Shown piece after piece: positions 30,595-41,248 of a stretch of DNA of 64,000 nucleotides. Both the position numbers and the translations under genes were made by a program. Position 1 is the first letter of the stretch; every line of letters starts with the position of its first letter. The notes under the pieces are model-generated. The model ran no database searches, was not told the origin of the DNA, and saw nothing but the letters and a program-made list of their open reading frames with translations. This DNA comes from a virus, in IMG/VR virus record IMGVR_UViG_3300002307_000038, positions 1-64,000 of that record; one strand, given 5' to 3'.

Positions 30595-31049
30595 TGTGGT
30601 ATAATAAGGTAGTAGCTAATTTAGGGGCTATTCCTGACTTTATAGTTTACTATGAAAAGGAACTAGCTGACGCTAAACGTGAGGTTTCTGTCTATGGCAA
30701 CATAGAAAAGAACCTTGCTGGCCTGCCTGGGATAACAGAGCATCGGTTCAATCAACTACAAGAGATTGAAGCGGTGCTTAACTATCTTAACATTCAATTG
30801 CGTAAAATTCGTACCAAACACTTTAAGAAATACCTAGAAGGGTATGCTCGTGCTCTAACAGCACGTGACGCTGAAAAGTATGTAGATGGCGAAGATGAAG
30901 TAATTGATTTTGAAACAATTATTAATGAAGTAGCACTATTGCGTAATCGTTGGCTGGGCATTATGAAAGGGCTCGAGAGCAAGAACTTTATGTTAGGGCA
31001 TGTAACTCGTTTACGTACATCAGGCATGGAGGATGCATCAATTGGATAG
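30594..31049 (+). CDS. uvsY: Recombination mediator UvsY-like
   Basis: Helical about 150 aa, YLE.Y...L...D.EKYVDGE, near uvsX. Confidence 0.65.
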   Translation: MWYNKVVANLGAIPDFIVYYEKELADAKREVSVYGNIEKNLAGLPGITEHRFNQLQEIEAVLNYLNIQLRKIRTKHFKKYLEGYARALTARDAEKYVDGEDEVIDFETIINEVALLRNRWLGIMKGLESKNFMLGHVTRLRTSGMEDASIG

Positions 31050-31959
31050 AAGACCTGCACTTGATACGTTGGAACTAATCCAACAGTATGATACGTTCCT
31101 AGAAAATATCAAACTTGTAGCCGATATGGGCTGTGGAGCCGGTGTTGATAGCGAATGGTGGGCTACACTAATGAACAACGATGATCCACCCGAGCCTTAC
31201 AATTTTAAGGTATTTGCTGTAGATCAAAACGAAAACGAACTAAACAAAGTTCCAGTACACCCAAACATTACTCGAGTACATAAAGACTTTACTAAACCAA
31301 CACTATTTCCAGTTAAGATGGATCTAGTGTGGGCACACGATTGTCTACAGTACTCAACTAACCCACTCGAAACGCTTAAGAATTGGAACGAAGTAATGAA
31401 CGTTAACGCTATGTTAATGCTGACCGTTCCTACACATAGCGGTATTGAGTATAACAGATATTACAGTAGAACCTACCAAGGTTGCTTTTATCATTTTACG
31501 CCAGTTAACCTAATCTATATGTTGGCGGTGAATGGATTTGACTGTAATGATGCATACCTACAGAAAAAGTTCAGCGATCCTTGGATTAAGATGGCTGTGT
31601 ATAAAACTAAAGTAGCACCAATGAATCCGGCAACTACCACATGGAAAGATCTTATTGATAAGAAATTATTAAATCCAAGTGTAGTACGTTCTTTACAGAG
31701 TCACGGTCATATTCGTCAAGAAGAAGTCATCTATCCTTGGTTAGATAGAGAAAACTATTTTATTGATTGGATCCCTCAACTAACAGAACTCAAAGCTGAT
31801 CCTGCTATGCACACAGAAATTGGTGCACCTGAAGTGTGGACACAGTCGGGTAATACCACTGTACACCAAGCCAATGTACGTGTTAAAGAAACACTCACAG
31901 TTAAACCCAGTGGTATTATTAGACCTATTAAGCCACCTAAGAAAAGTTATAAAACTTAA
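31033..31959 (+). CDS. Class I SAM-dependent methyltransferase
   Basis: DMGCGAG motif I, D..W.HD.LQY..NP. Confidence 0.75.
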   Translation: MHQLDRRPALDTLELIQQYDTFLENIKLVADMGCGAGVDSEWWATLMNNDDPPEPYNFKVFAVDQNENELNKVPVHPNITRVHKDFTKPTLFPVKMDLVWAHDCLQYSTNPLETLKNWNEVMNVNAMLMLTVPTHSGIEYNRYYSRTYQGCFYHFTPVNLIYMLAVNGFDCNDAYLQKKFSDPWIKMAVYKTKVAPMNPATTTWKDLIDKKLLNPSVVRSLQSHGHIRQEEVIYPWLDRENYFIDWIPQLTELKADPAMHTEIGAPEVWTQSGNTTVHQANVRVKETLTVKPSGIIRPIKPPKKSYKT

Positions 31960-31962
31960 TAG

Positions 31963-31991
31963 TTGACCTTTAACTGTTACCTTGTTATAAT
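31963..31991 (+). promoter_or_regulatory. sigma70-type promoter
   Basis: TTGACC-17-TATAAT. Confidence 0.75.
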
Positions 31992-32020
31992 AAAGTATAT
32001 TCAACCACACGGAGTTTTCA

Positions 32021-32269
32021 ATGAAATCCCTAACCTCAGTAGAGAAAGTAAACATTGATCGTTGCTTAGATGCATTTGATGGCAATAGATTTTATCTAAT
32101 TCTAGCAGCCGCAACTCGCGCACGTGAAATTGCTAGTACACGTAATATCGCAGATCACGCTAATCCTAAACTCAAATACGAAAACAAAGCTATCGTTAGT
32201 GCATTGTTGGATATTGCTGACGGTAAGATTGGTAAAGAATACCTAAACAAGATCGCAAAAGCAAGATAA
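32021..32269 (+). CDS. rpoZ: RNA polymerase omega subunit homolog
   Basis: GNRFYLILAAATRAREI...KAIVSALLDIADG aligns with RpoZ GNRFDLVLVAARRARQ...K..VIAL.EI..G. Confidence 0.8.
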   Translation: MKSLTSVEKVNIDRCLDAFDGNRFYLILAAATRAREIASTRNIADHANPKLKYENKAIVSALLDIADGKIGKEYLNKIAKAR

Positions 32270-32508
32270 TGAAATACTCGCAAGAAGAAATCATTGCACT
32301 AGCTAAAGAAGTAGAGCTAACCGATATGATTGAATGGGACGACCTTCCATTGGAAAAAGATCGTATATATCAACTTGTTGGTAGTCAAGCATACGAACTA
32401 TATGAGCATTATACACAATCCGAAGATGGCGAAGCTGTGTTGTTAGCAACTGTGACCAAGCTATTAGTAGAAAACTTTGTATTAAATCTTAAATTAAATT
32501 CATTCTAA
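32269..32508 (+). CDS. Hypothetical protein
   Basis: Coupled ORF. Confidence 0.65.
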   Translation: MKYSQEEIIALAKEVELTDMIEWDDLPLEKDRIYQLVGSQAYELYEHYTQSEDGEAVLLATVTKLLVENFVLNLKLNSF

Positions 32509-32519
32509 GGAGAAACATC

Positions 32520-32717
32520 ATGGCAAAAACAAACTCAACGTTTAAGTTTGGCAAAATGAACAAAATCAAACTTGGTAATATCCAAGACCCTGTAGCACGC
32601 AATATCTTTAAGCGGGCTATGATCGACGCACAATCTAGCTATGTTGCTAACAAGTCACGTAAATGGACTGATCCAGCGGCAACACAAAAACAAAATAAAG
32701 GACCTGCACCAGAATGA
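32520..32717 (+). CDS. Small basic hypothetical protein
   Basis: AAGGAG RBS. Confidence 0.7.
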   Translation: MAKTNSTFKFGKMNKIKLGNIQDPVARNIFKRAMIDAQSSYVANKSRKWTDPAATQKQNKGPAPE

Positions 32718-33121
32718 GCGAAAAGAAACTTTGGGACAGCATAGATGGAACAGTCCTTAAAGGACTTCCTAATGCCGCACGTGGATATGAACAACGTATC
32801 AGCGTACCTGAGTTTACCTTTTTAGGTGGTGCAAACCAACCAGACTTTGGTAACGTTACTATTTGGTTTTATGGTAACGACTCGACTATTGAATTAAAGA
32901 GTCTTAAACAATACCTATTCCAGTATCGCGATACTAGACTTAGTTATGAACGTGCGTTAGATGTGATGTATAAACATCTTAAAGAAGTATACGAACCAGA
33001 TCGTATACGTATAGAAATTGATTATCGCCCACGCGGTGGTATAAGTAGTAAATTAACAGTCGACAGTGACTGGGGTCATTTAGGTGGCTCAGATCAAGTA
33101 TGGCAACATCATAAGGATTAA
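32714..33121 (+). CDS. QueF-like T-fold protein lacking catalytic Cys
   Basis: PEFT....QPDFG, ELKSLK.Y..QYR, PRGGI motifs of QueF. Confidence 0.75.
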   Translation: MSEKKLWDSIDGTVLKGLPNAARGYEQRISVPEFTFLGGANQPDFGNVTIWFYGNDSTIELKSLKQYLFQYRDTRLSYERALDVMYKHLKEVYEPDRIRIEIDYRPRGGISSKLTVDSDWGHLGGSDQVWQHHKD

Positions 33122-33122
33122 T

Positions 33123-34409
33123 ATGGATTATAAAGTAGCAGACATTGGCCTAGCCGCGTGGGGCCATAAAGAAATTGCAATTGCGGAAACGGAAATGCCG
33201 GGGTTGATTGCCGTTCGTGAAGAACTACGTGCAAGCCAACCACTTAAAGGTGCTCGTATCACAGGGTCATTACATATGACTATTCAAACTGCGGTATTAG
33301 TACAGACACTAGTAGCTCTAGGTGCAGAAGTGCGCTGGGCTAGCTGTAATATTTTCTCAACACAAGATCATGCCGCGGCTGCACTAGCTGATCAAGGTAT
33401 TCCTGTGTTTGCTTGGAAAGGCGAAACAGAAGATGAATATTGGTGGTGCTTAGAACAAACAGTTAAAGGACCGGATGGATGGGTTCCTAACATGTTGTTA
33501 GATGATGGGCACGACCTAACTTGGTATATCCATCAAAACTATCCAGAGTTATTAGAAGGTATCTACGGTGTTACTGAAGAAACAACCACAGGTATTCACA
33601 AAATTAACGAAGCTATTGCCAACGGTAGTTTCAAACTTCGTGCTATCAATGTAAACGACAGCGTAACTAAATCTAAGTTTGATAACTTATACGGTTGCCG
33701 TGAAAGCCTAGTAGATTCACTCAAACGTGCCACTGATGTCATGATTGCAGGCAAGGTAGCAGTAGTAGCAGGATTTGGTGATGTAGGTAAAGGTTCAGCT
33801 GCTAGTCTTAAAGCACTTGGTGCTCAAGTTTGGGTAACTGAAGTAGATCCAATCTGTGCTTTACAAGCCGCCATGGAAGGCTATCGTGTGGTTACTATGA
33901 ACTATGCTTGCCCTTATGCTGATATCTTTGTAACAGCCACAGGTAACATTAATGTTATTACACATGATCATATGATAGAAATGAAGAACAATGCTATTGT
34001 ATGTAACATTGGACACTTTGACAGTGAGATTGATATTGCTAGTTTGGCCAGTTACGAGTGGGATGAAATCAAACCACAGGTAGATCATGTGACTATGCCA
34101 AATGGTCGTAAGATTATTGTTCTAGCCAAAGGTCGATTGGTAAACTTAGGTTGTGCTACAGGACATCCTAGCTACGTTATGTCAAACAGCTTTACTAACC
34201 AAGTAATGGCACAAGTTGAAATGTTCCAAAACTATGCTAACTATGAAATTGGTAAAATGTATCTGCTACCTAAACACTTAGATGAAAAAGTTGCTAGCCT
34301 GCATTTAGCTAAAGTTGGTGCTATGTTAACTACATTAACACCAGCACAGGCAGACTACATTGGTGTAACAGTAGATGGTCCTTACAAACCAGACACTTAT
34401 CGCTATTAA
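33123..34409 (+). CDS. ahcY: Adenosylhomocysteinase (SAH hydrolase)
   Basis: [63 protein letters not shown]; start set at MDYKVAD. Confidence 0.97.
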   Translation: MDYKVADIGLAAWGHKEIAIAETEMPGLIAVREELRASQPLKGARITGSLHMTIQTAVLVQTLVALGAEVRWASCNIFSTQDHAAAALADQGIPVFAWKGETEDEYWWCLEQTVKGPDGWVPNMLLDDGHDLTWYIHQNYPELLEGIYGVTEETTTGIHKINEAIANGSFKLRAINVNDSVTKSKFDNLYGCRESLVDSLKRATDVMIAGKVAVVAGFGDVGKGSAASLKALGAQVWVTEVDPICALQAAMEGYRVVTMNYACPYADIFVTATGNINVITHDHMIEMKNNAIVCNIGHFDSEIDIASLASYEWDEIKPQVDHVTMPNGRKIIVLAKGRLVNLGCATGHPSYVMSNSFTNQVMAQVEMFQNYANYEIGKMYLLPKHLDEKVASLHLAKVGAMLTTLTPAQADYIGVTVDGPYKPDTYRY

Positions 34410-34427
34410 TTTAGTCAAAAACTAAAG

Positions 34428-34454
34428 AAAAAGGCATCTCATGGTGCCTTTTTT
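34428..34454 (+). terminator. Rho-independent terminator
   Basis: AAAAAGGCATC-TCAT-GGTGCCTTTTTT. Confidence 0.85.
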
Positions 34455-34523
34455 GTTGACATTGGCTTGCAAAAAGTGTTATATTAGTAAGAGTATTATT
34501 CTATACAATTATTGGAGTTAAAA

Positions 34524-34685
34524 ATGTTTGATTCAATTGAAATCCGTAAAGTAACAAATGGTTTTGTTGTTATCTTAAATCAAGAAGACGAAACTAAAGA
34601 GTATGTATTTGACAGTAGCCGTAAAGCTGTTAAGTTTATTAAAGAATACGTAGAAGCTAAAGTAGCAAATACGGTTGCATCATAA
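34524..34685 (+). CDS. Small hypothetical protein (MFDSIEIRKVTNGF...), not in ORF track
   Basis: GGAG RBS, TTGACA promoter at 34456. Confidence 0.7.
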   Translation: MFDSIEIRKVTNGFVVILNQEDETKEYVFDSSRKAVKFIKEYVEAKVANTVAS

Positions 34686-34755
34686 TTTTTCTGCCTCGTT
34701 TTAGTAAAATAAATACTAGAAAGTAGCAAAAATTCAACGAAAACTGGAGAAATCA

Positions 34756-35787
34756 ATGTCAAAAACCGTCCTAGTGACTGGTGGTGCTGGCTTTATTGCG
34801 CATCACGTTATTGAAAATTTATTAAGAAATACCGATTGGAATATTGTTAGCTTGGATCGCTTGGACTTCTCCGGAAATCTAAATCGACTAAGCGACATGA
34901 TGGCAGACTTTGACGTAGAAACACGTAAACGTTTGCGCATTGTATTCCATGACCTACGTGCAGAATTAAACCCAATGGTAGCTCGTGACATTGGTGATGT
35001 TAATTATGTACTACACTTAGCCGCAGGATCACACGTTGACCGTAGTATTGAGTTTCCAATGGAATTCGTTTGGGACAACGTAGTTGGTACAGGTCACATC
35101 TTAGAGTTTGCTCGCAAATTACCTAACCTAGAACGTTTCATTTACTTCTCGACAGATGAAGTATTTGGTCCAGCACCAGTTGGCGTTAACTATGCCGAAC
35201 GTGATCGTTACAACTCAAGCAATCCATACTCAGCTACCAAAGCTGGTGGCGAAGAACTAGCTGTAGCGTTTGAAAACACCTACAAAATGCCTATCTATAT
35301 TACACACACTATGAACGTGTTTGGTCAACGCCAACACCCAGAAAAGTTTATTCCTATGTGTATTCGTAAAGTAAACGATGGTGATACTATTACTATCCAC
35401 AGCGATAGCACACGTACAGTTCCTGGTAGTCGTTTCTATATCCATGCAGCAGACGTAGCAGATGCTATGTTCTTCTTGTTAGGTCTGGATTCAACTAAAC
35501 TAAAACCAGACTACGGTGATGCTAAGTGTCCTAAGTTTAACCTAGTAGGTAAACAAGAAATTAACAATCTACAACTAGCACAGATTATTGCTGATGCACA
35601 GGGTAAAGAACTCAAGTACGAAATGGTAGATTTCCACAGTAGCCGTCCAGGACATGACCTACGTTATGCTCTAAGTGGTGACTATATGCGTGAACTTGGT
35701 TGGGAACCTAAAGTATCATTGACTGATCGTATCGGTGAAGTTGTACAATGGACTTTGGCTAACGAACGCTGGTTACGTTGCGAATAA
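34756..35787 (+). CDS. NDP-glucose 4,6-dehydratase (RmlB/RfbB family)
   Basis: TGGAGFI, HLAAGSHVDRSI, STDEVFG, YSATK, HPEKFIP, RPGHD.RY. Confidence 0.92.
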   Translation: MSKTVLVTGGAGFIAHHVIENLLRNTDWNIVSLDRLDFSGNLNRLSDMMADFDVETRKRLRIVFHDLRAELNPMVARDIGDVNYVLHLAAGSHVDRSIEFPMEFVWDNVVGTGHILEFARKLPNLERFIYFSTDEVFGPAPVGVNYAERDRYNSSNPYSATKAGGEELAVAFENTYKMPIYITHTMNVFGQRQHPEKFIPMCIRKVNDGDTITIHSDSTRTVPGSRFYIHAADVADAMFFLLGLDSTKLKPDYGDAKCPKFNLVGKQEINNLQLAQIIADAQGKELKYEMVDFHSSRPGHDLRYALSGDYMRELGWEPKVSLTDRIGEVVQWTLANERWLRCE

Positions 35788-35800
35788 TTAAAGGAAAATC

Positions 35801-36541
35801 ATGAGTAAAAATATAGTTCTATTAACTAGTGCATTGTATACTAACTATGGTATCTATGATCCTAAGCAACGTATTCAGCAGACCCTAGAAACAGCTAAGA
35901 GTGCTAAACAATACATTCCTGGTGCTGTGGTTATTTTAATCGACAACAGCAAAGTTGAAGTGCAAAATGACGAAAGCGATGAAATGAACGAGTTGATTGA
36001 TGTAGTTGATTACTATATCGATAACAGTGATGATCCGGACATCCAATACTTCCACAATAACGTTACTAACTATGACATTGGTAAGAACGCTATGGAAGCA
36101 TTGGGCATTTTAAAATCATTAACCTACATCAGCGGCAACGATGAGTTAATGGCTGAACTTAAAGATGCACAACGTATATTCAAACTAAGTGGCCGTTATC
36201 AAGTAACAGACAAGTTTGATATTGCCAAGTTTGATAACGCAGACACGCAGGACAAGTATGTATTTAAGAAATCACAACCAAGTTGGATCAACCCACAAGA
36301 CACGGGTGTAACGTCACTGTTACAAACACGTCTATGGTCATTCACTCCTGGTCTATTATTAGATACCATGGAAGTATACAAGAAGATTATTGAAAATATG
36401 TTTAACCTGTTTAATCAAGGCAAGTATATTGACAATGAACACTCAATGAGCAAGTTTATTCCAAAAGACCGACTAGTTGAATTGGAAACAGTGGGCCTAC
36501 AGGGCAATATTGCACCTAATGGTATGATGATTATTGACTAA
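35801..36541 (+). CDS. Hypothetical protein in sugar cluster (possible GT-related)
   Basis: RI.QT..T, IDNS, FKLSGRY; cluster context. Confidence 0.55.
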   Translation: MSKNIVLLTSALYTNYGIYDPKQRIQQTLETAKSAKQYIPGAVVILIDNSKVEVQNDESDEMNELIDVVDYYIDNSDDPDIQYFHNNVTNYDIGKNAMEALGILKSLTYISGNDELMAELKDAQRIFKLSGRYQVTDKFDIAKFDNADTQDKYVFKKSQPSWINPQDTGVTSLLQTRLWSFTPGLLLDTMEVYKKIIENMFNLFNQGKYIDNEHSMSKFIPKDRLVELETVGLQGNIAPNGMMIID

Positions 36542-37473
36542 TGAAAAATATACTTGTTATCGGTGGTAATGGGTACATTGGATCTAGACTACGTCAAGTC
36601 CTTGCGCAAGATTATACAGTAGATAGCGTTGATTGCTGTTGGTATAATCATGACGAGACTTCACGTAGAACAGACTATCATAACCTCACAGCCAGCGACC
36701 TTAAGAAATACGATACTATCGTTCTGTTAGCAGGACATAGTAGTGTTGCAAGTTGTATTGGTAATATTCAAAGTCCGTGGCTAAACAATGTTACCAACTT
36801 CACTGATCTGTTGTCGAAAGTCAGTAGACAACAAACAGTAATCTATGCTAGTTCGGCTAGTGTTTATGGTAATAGTCTACCTGGTGAATGGCATAACGAA
36901 TACATTAAGAAGTTCATCCCTGTAAACAACTATGACATTACCAAGTATACGTTAGATCTTGAAGCACAGATAGCTATTGGTAATGGTTATAAAGTTATTG
37001 GTCTACGCTTTGGCACAGTAAATGGTTGGTCGCCCAATCTACGTACAGACGTAATGATCAATGCTATGTATGACACAGCTATGAGTCAGGGTAAAATTAC
37101 AGTCTTTAACAAGCATATTAACCGTGCCCTATTAGGCATAGAAGATTTATGTCGCGGCATTTGTCATTGTATTGAACGTCCAGAAGCGGGCATTTATAAC
37201 ATGGCTAGTTTTAATACCACAGTGGAATATATTGCTAGTACTGTGGCAGAAGAACTAGGCGTACCACTAATTGATCAAGGTACAACGGCGAATGCTTATG
37301 ACTTTGGATTAGACACAACGCTATTCCAAGAGAAGTTTGGCTTTACATTTACTGAAACACCCAGTACAATAGTTAATAGCCTTAAAGAAAGATATGCGGA
37401 ATCACATGTTGAACGCCGCGACAATTACATGATATATCAATGGGAAAAAGAGTATGACTATCGAAAACGCTAA
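36541..37473 (+). CDS. NAD-dependent epimerase/dehydratase (SDR)
   Basis: GGNGYIGS, ASSASVYG, YDITK, LRFGTV.G. Confidence 0.9.
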   Translation: MKNILVIGGNGYIGSRLRQVLAQDYTVDSVDCCWYNHDETSRRTDYHNLTASDLKKYDTIVLLAGHSSVASCIGNIQSPWLNNVTNFTDLLSKVSRQQTVIYASSASVYGNSLPGEWHNEYIKKFIPVNNYDITKYTLDLEAQIAIGNGYKVIGLRFGTVNGWSPNLRTDVMINAMYDTAMSQGKITVFNKHINRALLGIEDLCRGICHCIERPEAGIYNMASFNTTVEYIASTVAEELGVPLIDQGTTANAYDFGLDTTLFQEKFGFTFTETPSTIVNSLKERYAESHVERRDNYMIYQWEKEYDYRKR

Positions 37474-38683
37474 AGAACTTACAGAATGCCTATGCTGTGG
37501 CAGTGATAAGTTAAAACTAGTATTAGATCTTAAAGAACAGCCAATGGCAAATAGCTTTAAGGCCAGTCCAGATGATGCAGAGTTAACATTTCCGTTACGC
37601 CTAAACATCTGTACAGAATGTACACATCTACAGTTGAGCCATGCTGTTAATCCAGATTTACTATTTAAAAACTATCTATATGTAAGTGGCACTAGCAAGA
37701 CTCTACGTGATTACTTTGATTGGTTTGCTAACCTAACATTAGATTATTTTACAGAAAAACCTAAGACAGTATTAGATATTGCATGTAATGACGGTAGTCA
37801 ATTAAACAGCTTCAAAGCATTGGGATTAAAGACATATGGTATTGATCCTGCTGAGAACCTACATGAGTTAAGCAACAAAGAACATGAAGTAGTTTGTGAT
37901 TACTTTACAGACAAGTACACATATCACTACAAGAATAAAAACATTGATATTATCACAGCTCAAAACGTGTTTGCACATAACAGCTATCCATTAGAGTTCT
38001 TACGTCAATGTAAAGAAATCATGCACGCAGGTAGTGTGTTGTTTATTCAAACTAGTCAAGCAGACATGGTTAAGAACAACGAGTTTGATACTATCTATCA
38101 TGAACACTTAAGTTTCTTTAATGCCAACAGTATGAAGGCTCTGGCAGATCGTGCAGGTCTAAACCTAGTTGACATTCAAAAGACACCAATTCATGGTAAC
38201 AGCTATATGTTTGTGTTTACCATTAACGAAACAGAAGCAGAAAGCCTAGATCGTCAAGTTGAACGAGTATTAAGTGAAGAACGTGCAATTGGTCTACAAG
38301 ATCCAAACACCTACATTGCCTATGCTGATCGTTGCTATGAGATTGTAAAAGATCTTAAAGATACTATTGCACACTATCGTGGCCTGGGCTATGTTATCGC
38401 TGGTTATGGTGCGGCCGCCAAAGGCATGACACTAATCAACTTTGGTGATCTATACTTAGATTTCATCATTGATGATAATCCACTTAAACAGGGCTTGTTC
38501 TGTCCAGGTAGCAATATCCCTGTAGTAGGTATTGAAATGTTAGATAATGTTGCTGATCTAAAAGTAGCGTTTATTCCTCTAGCATGGAACTTCTTTACAG
38601 AAATTCGTAGTAACATTAAAACAAAACGTGATCAAGAAGGTGATGTGTTTATCAAATACTTCCCTACTATTAGCATTAACTAA
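37454..38683 (+). CDS. NDP-sugar C-methyltransferase (NovU/TcaB9-type)
   Basis: N-terminal Zn site CLCC...C..C, DIACNDG, FDTIYHEH, YGAAAKG, PLKQG, LAWNF. Confidence 0.9.
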   Translation: MTIENAKELTECLCCGSDKLKLVLDLKEQPMANSFKASPDDAELTFPLRLNICTECTHLQLSHAVNPDLLFKNYLYVSGTSKTLRDYFDWFANLTLDYFTEKPKTVLDIACNDGSQLNSFKALGLKTYGIDPAENLHELSNKEHEVVCDYFTDKYTYHYKNKNIDIITAQNVFAHNSYPLEFLRQCKEIMHAGSVLFIQTSQADMVKNNEFDTIYHEHLSFFNANSMKALADRAGLNLVDIQKTPIHGNSYMFVFTINETEAESLDRQVERVLSEERAIGLQDPNTYIAYADRCYEIVKDLKDTIAHYRGLGYVIAGYGAAAKGMTLINFGDLYLDFIIDDNPLKQGLFCPGSNIPVVGIEMLDNVADLKVAFIPLAWNFFTEIRSNIKTKRDQEGDVFIKYFPTISIN

Positions 38684-38694
38684 AGGACAATAAC

Positions 38695-39579
38695 ATGGAA
38701 TTAAACTTAAAACAGATGTACCTAGACGTAGTTAGAAAAACCATTCTTGGTTTTACCTATAGAGATCCAGCATGGGATCCGGGCAAAGGACAACAAGTTC
38801 CTTTTAATCCTAACACACGTTCAGTTGGTGAAGATTGGCCTGTGCTAGCACAAAGTATGGCAGGTGATGCACGTTTGCAAAACATTCAAGAACTAGCAGA
38901 CAAGATCATTGCCAATGGTGTTGAAGGTGACTTTATTGAAACTGGTGTATGGCGTGGAGGTTCATGTATCTACATGGCAGCTATTCTAAAAGCCAATGAT
39001 ATTACTGATCGCAACATTTATGTATGTGATAGCTTTGAAGGACTTCCTCCACCAAACGTATCAGGTTATCCACAGGATGCAGGTGACAACCATTACACAG
39101 TTCCATTCTTAGCTGTTGATGTTGATCAAGTAGCGGCTAACTTTGCTGGCTATGGTCTATTAAACGATCAAGTACGCTTTGTTAAAGGCTTCTTCTCAGA
39201 CACCTTACCACAACTAGCACCAGATATTGAAAAATTAAGTCTACTACGCTTAGATGGTGACATGTACGAGTCAACTATTGTAGCATTAGAAAACTTGTAT
39301 CCAAAACTATCAGTTGGTGGCTATGTTATTGTTGACGACTATGGTCTACCTAACTGTGTACGTGCATTAACAGACTTCCGTGAATACCATGGCATCACAG
39401 ATGAATACATCAAGATTGATAACAGTTCAGTATACTGGCAAAAGACTAAAGAAATGGATGCCGACAAAGTGGATTATCGTTTCAAACGTGAAGGTTCATT
39501 TACACCTGCACCAGCATTTGACTTTAATAACCCAGCACCATTGGTTCAGTCTAAGACAACTTCATTGAGTAGCATGTAA
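38695..39579 (+). CDS. TylF/MycF/NovP-family sugar O-methyltransferase
   Basis: GDFIETGVWRGG, DSFEGLP, KGFFSDTLP, LRLDGDMYEST, DDY. Confidence 0.93.
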   Translation: MELNLKQMYLDVVRKTILGFTYRDPAWDPGKGQQVPFNPNTRSVGEDWPVLAQSMAGDARLQNIQELADKIIANGVEGDFIETGVWRGGSCIYMAAILKANDITDRNIYVCDSFEGLPPPNVSGYPQDAGDNHYTVPFLAVDVDQVAANFAGYGLLNDQVRFVKGFFSDTLPQLAPDIEKLSLLRLDGDMYESTIVALENLYPKLSVGGYVIVDDYGLPNCVRALTDFREYHGITDEYIKIDNSSVYWQKTKEMDADKVDYRFKREGSFTPAPAFDFNNPAPLVQSKTTSLSSM

Positions 39580-40361
39580 TGAAACGGACTTTAATTAGTC
39601 ATTTTTATAACGAGGAATACATGTTACCATGGTTCCTCAATCACCACAAGCAGATCTTTGATCATGGTGTAATGATTGACTATCACAGCACTGATCGTAG
39701 TGTTGAGATAATCAAAGAGATCTGCCCTACATGGACCATAGTTACTAGTCGTAATCCAGACTTCCAAGCAGACACCATCGACACAGAAGTAAACGATATT
39801 GAACGAGATATTGACGGTTGGAAGATCTGTTTGAATGTTACAGAACAGCTAATTGGTGACTATAGTATATTGGATGATGGTCCTAAGCAATGGCTGATAC
39901 CAAGTATCTTTATGGTAGACTGTAATAGAGAACAGGCAGTTACCTACGATAAGCCATTGTACGAGCAGAAGTTTGATGGTTTTATGTTCAGCGACAGTCA
40001 ACAGAACTTCCTAGAACGTAGAAGTCGTAGCCTACATAATGTTCCTATTTACTATCCAGCAACTAGTACACCACAATGTATGGCACCGGGTCGTCATTGG
40101 AACTTATACAATACTGATCAACTAGTGACATTGTATTATGGTTGGTGCCCGATGACGGATGAAGGCTTTGCACGCAAGCTACAGATACAAACACAGATTC
40201 CTTTAATTGACCGACAGTTAAATCGTGGGTTTCATCATATAACAAATAAAGAAACACTTACATACAGACTTGAGAATGAGTTTATTCCACGCTCAAGAGA
40301 TCTAACCAAGGAAATAAATTATTATGTCAACAAACACAAAGATCTTACAAATATTCTTTAA
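39579..40361 (+). CDS. GT-A fold glycosyltransferase family 2-like
   Basis: FYNEE..LPWFL.HH...FD....D..STDRS. Confidence 0.7.
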   Translation: MKRTLISHFYNEEYMLPWFLNHHKQIFDHGVMIDYHSTDRSVEIIKEICPTWTIVTSRNPDFQADTIDTEVNDIERDIDGWKICLNVTEQLIGDYSILDDGPKQWLIPSIFMVDCNREQAVTYDKPLYEQKFDGFMFSDSQQNFLERRSRSLHNVPIYYPATSTPQCMAPGRHWNLYNTDQLVTLYYGWCPMTDEGFARKLQIQTQIPLIDRQLNRGFHHITNKETLTYRLENEFIPRSRDLTKEINYYVNKHKDLTNIL

Positions 40362-41160
40362 ACCAGAACAGATGGCACAGGTAGATGGCGCATTCACGCC
40401 CTACGATAACACAGCTAACCCACGTCCAGAACTACGTGAATGGTACATTTGGGACAAGGAATATGATAAACTATCTGCAGAAGGATTAGACTATTGGGGA
40501 TTTGTCAGTTGGAAGTTTAAAGAGAAAACTAACCTTAGAGGGCAAGATGTACTTAATTACATTAACGCCAATCCAGGCTATGACGTTTACTTGTTTAATC
40601 CATGTATTGTTAACGAAGCTGTGTTTATTAATAGCTGGGAACAAGGCGACAACTATCACCCTAACATTTCAGCAATTGGCAATAGTTTCTTACATAAACT
40701 AGGTTATGCTGACTATGACGTAAGAGAAGTATTATTGGATCGAAATCGTACCGTTTTTGCCAATTATGTGGTGGGAAACAGTAAGTTTTGGGACAAATTT
40801 ATGGCCTTTTCACGCCAGTTATTTACTGAAGCTGATAAGGATGCAGAGTTCAAACATCAAGTATTTGGCGAAGGTCTAAGCAACTATGCTCACGACAAAT
40901 CATTGCCAAACTTTACATTCTTGATCGAACGATTAATTCCAACGTTCTTGGAATTAGAAGATATGAAAGTATTACCTTATAGATATACCGCAGAAACACT
41001 ACCGCAGAAGTACTATCCGTATATTGATGAGATTGCAGCGTTGAGCGATCTTAAAGTATTAATCAACAAATACGATAGTGATGAACTGTATAACGTATGG
41101 AGTTTCTACCGTTATCAATTTTTAGACCGTCATCAACATTCTGCGATGAAATTAGAGTGA
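40324..41160 (+). CDS. Hypothetical protein in sugar cluster (possible glycosyltransferase)
   Basis: DYWGFVSWKF, F.IERL; context. Confidence 0.5.
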   Translation: MSTNTKILQIFFKPEQMAQVDGAFTPYDNTANPRPELREWYIWDKEYDKLSAEGLDYWGFVSWKFKEKTNLRGQDVLNYINANPGYDVYLFNPCIVNEAVFINSWEQGDNYHPNISAIGNSFLHKLGYADYDVREVLLDRNRTVFANYVVGNSKFWDKFMAFSRQLFTEADKDAEFKHQVFGEGLSNYAHDKSLPNFTFLIERLIPTFLELEDMKVLPYRYTAETLPQKYYPYIDEIAALSDLKVLINKYDSDELYNVWSFYRYQFLDRHQHSAMKLE

Positions 41161-41186
41161 TCTGTAGTTATCTCAATTGATCTAGA

Positions 41187-41232
41187 GTTAAGTATGTACT
41201 AAAAGGCTGTATATCTAGCATACATACTTAAC
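41187..41232. repeat. Perfect 12-bp inverted repeat
   Basis: GTTAAGTATGTA-22 nt-TACATACTTAAC. Confidence 0.85.
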
Positions 41233-41248
41233 GTTCGGAGGAATCAGA

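Noticed and set aside
32900-33122. SAH or preQ1 riboswitch upstream of ahcY
   Set aside because: Upstream sequence is coding; no recognisable aptamer
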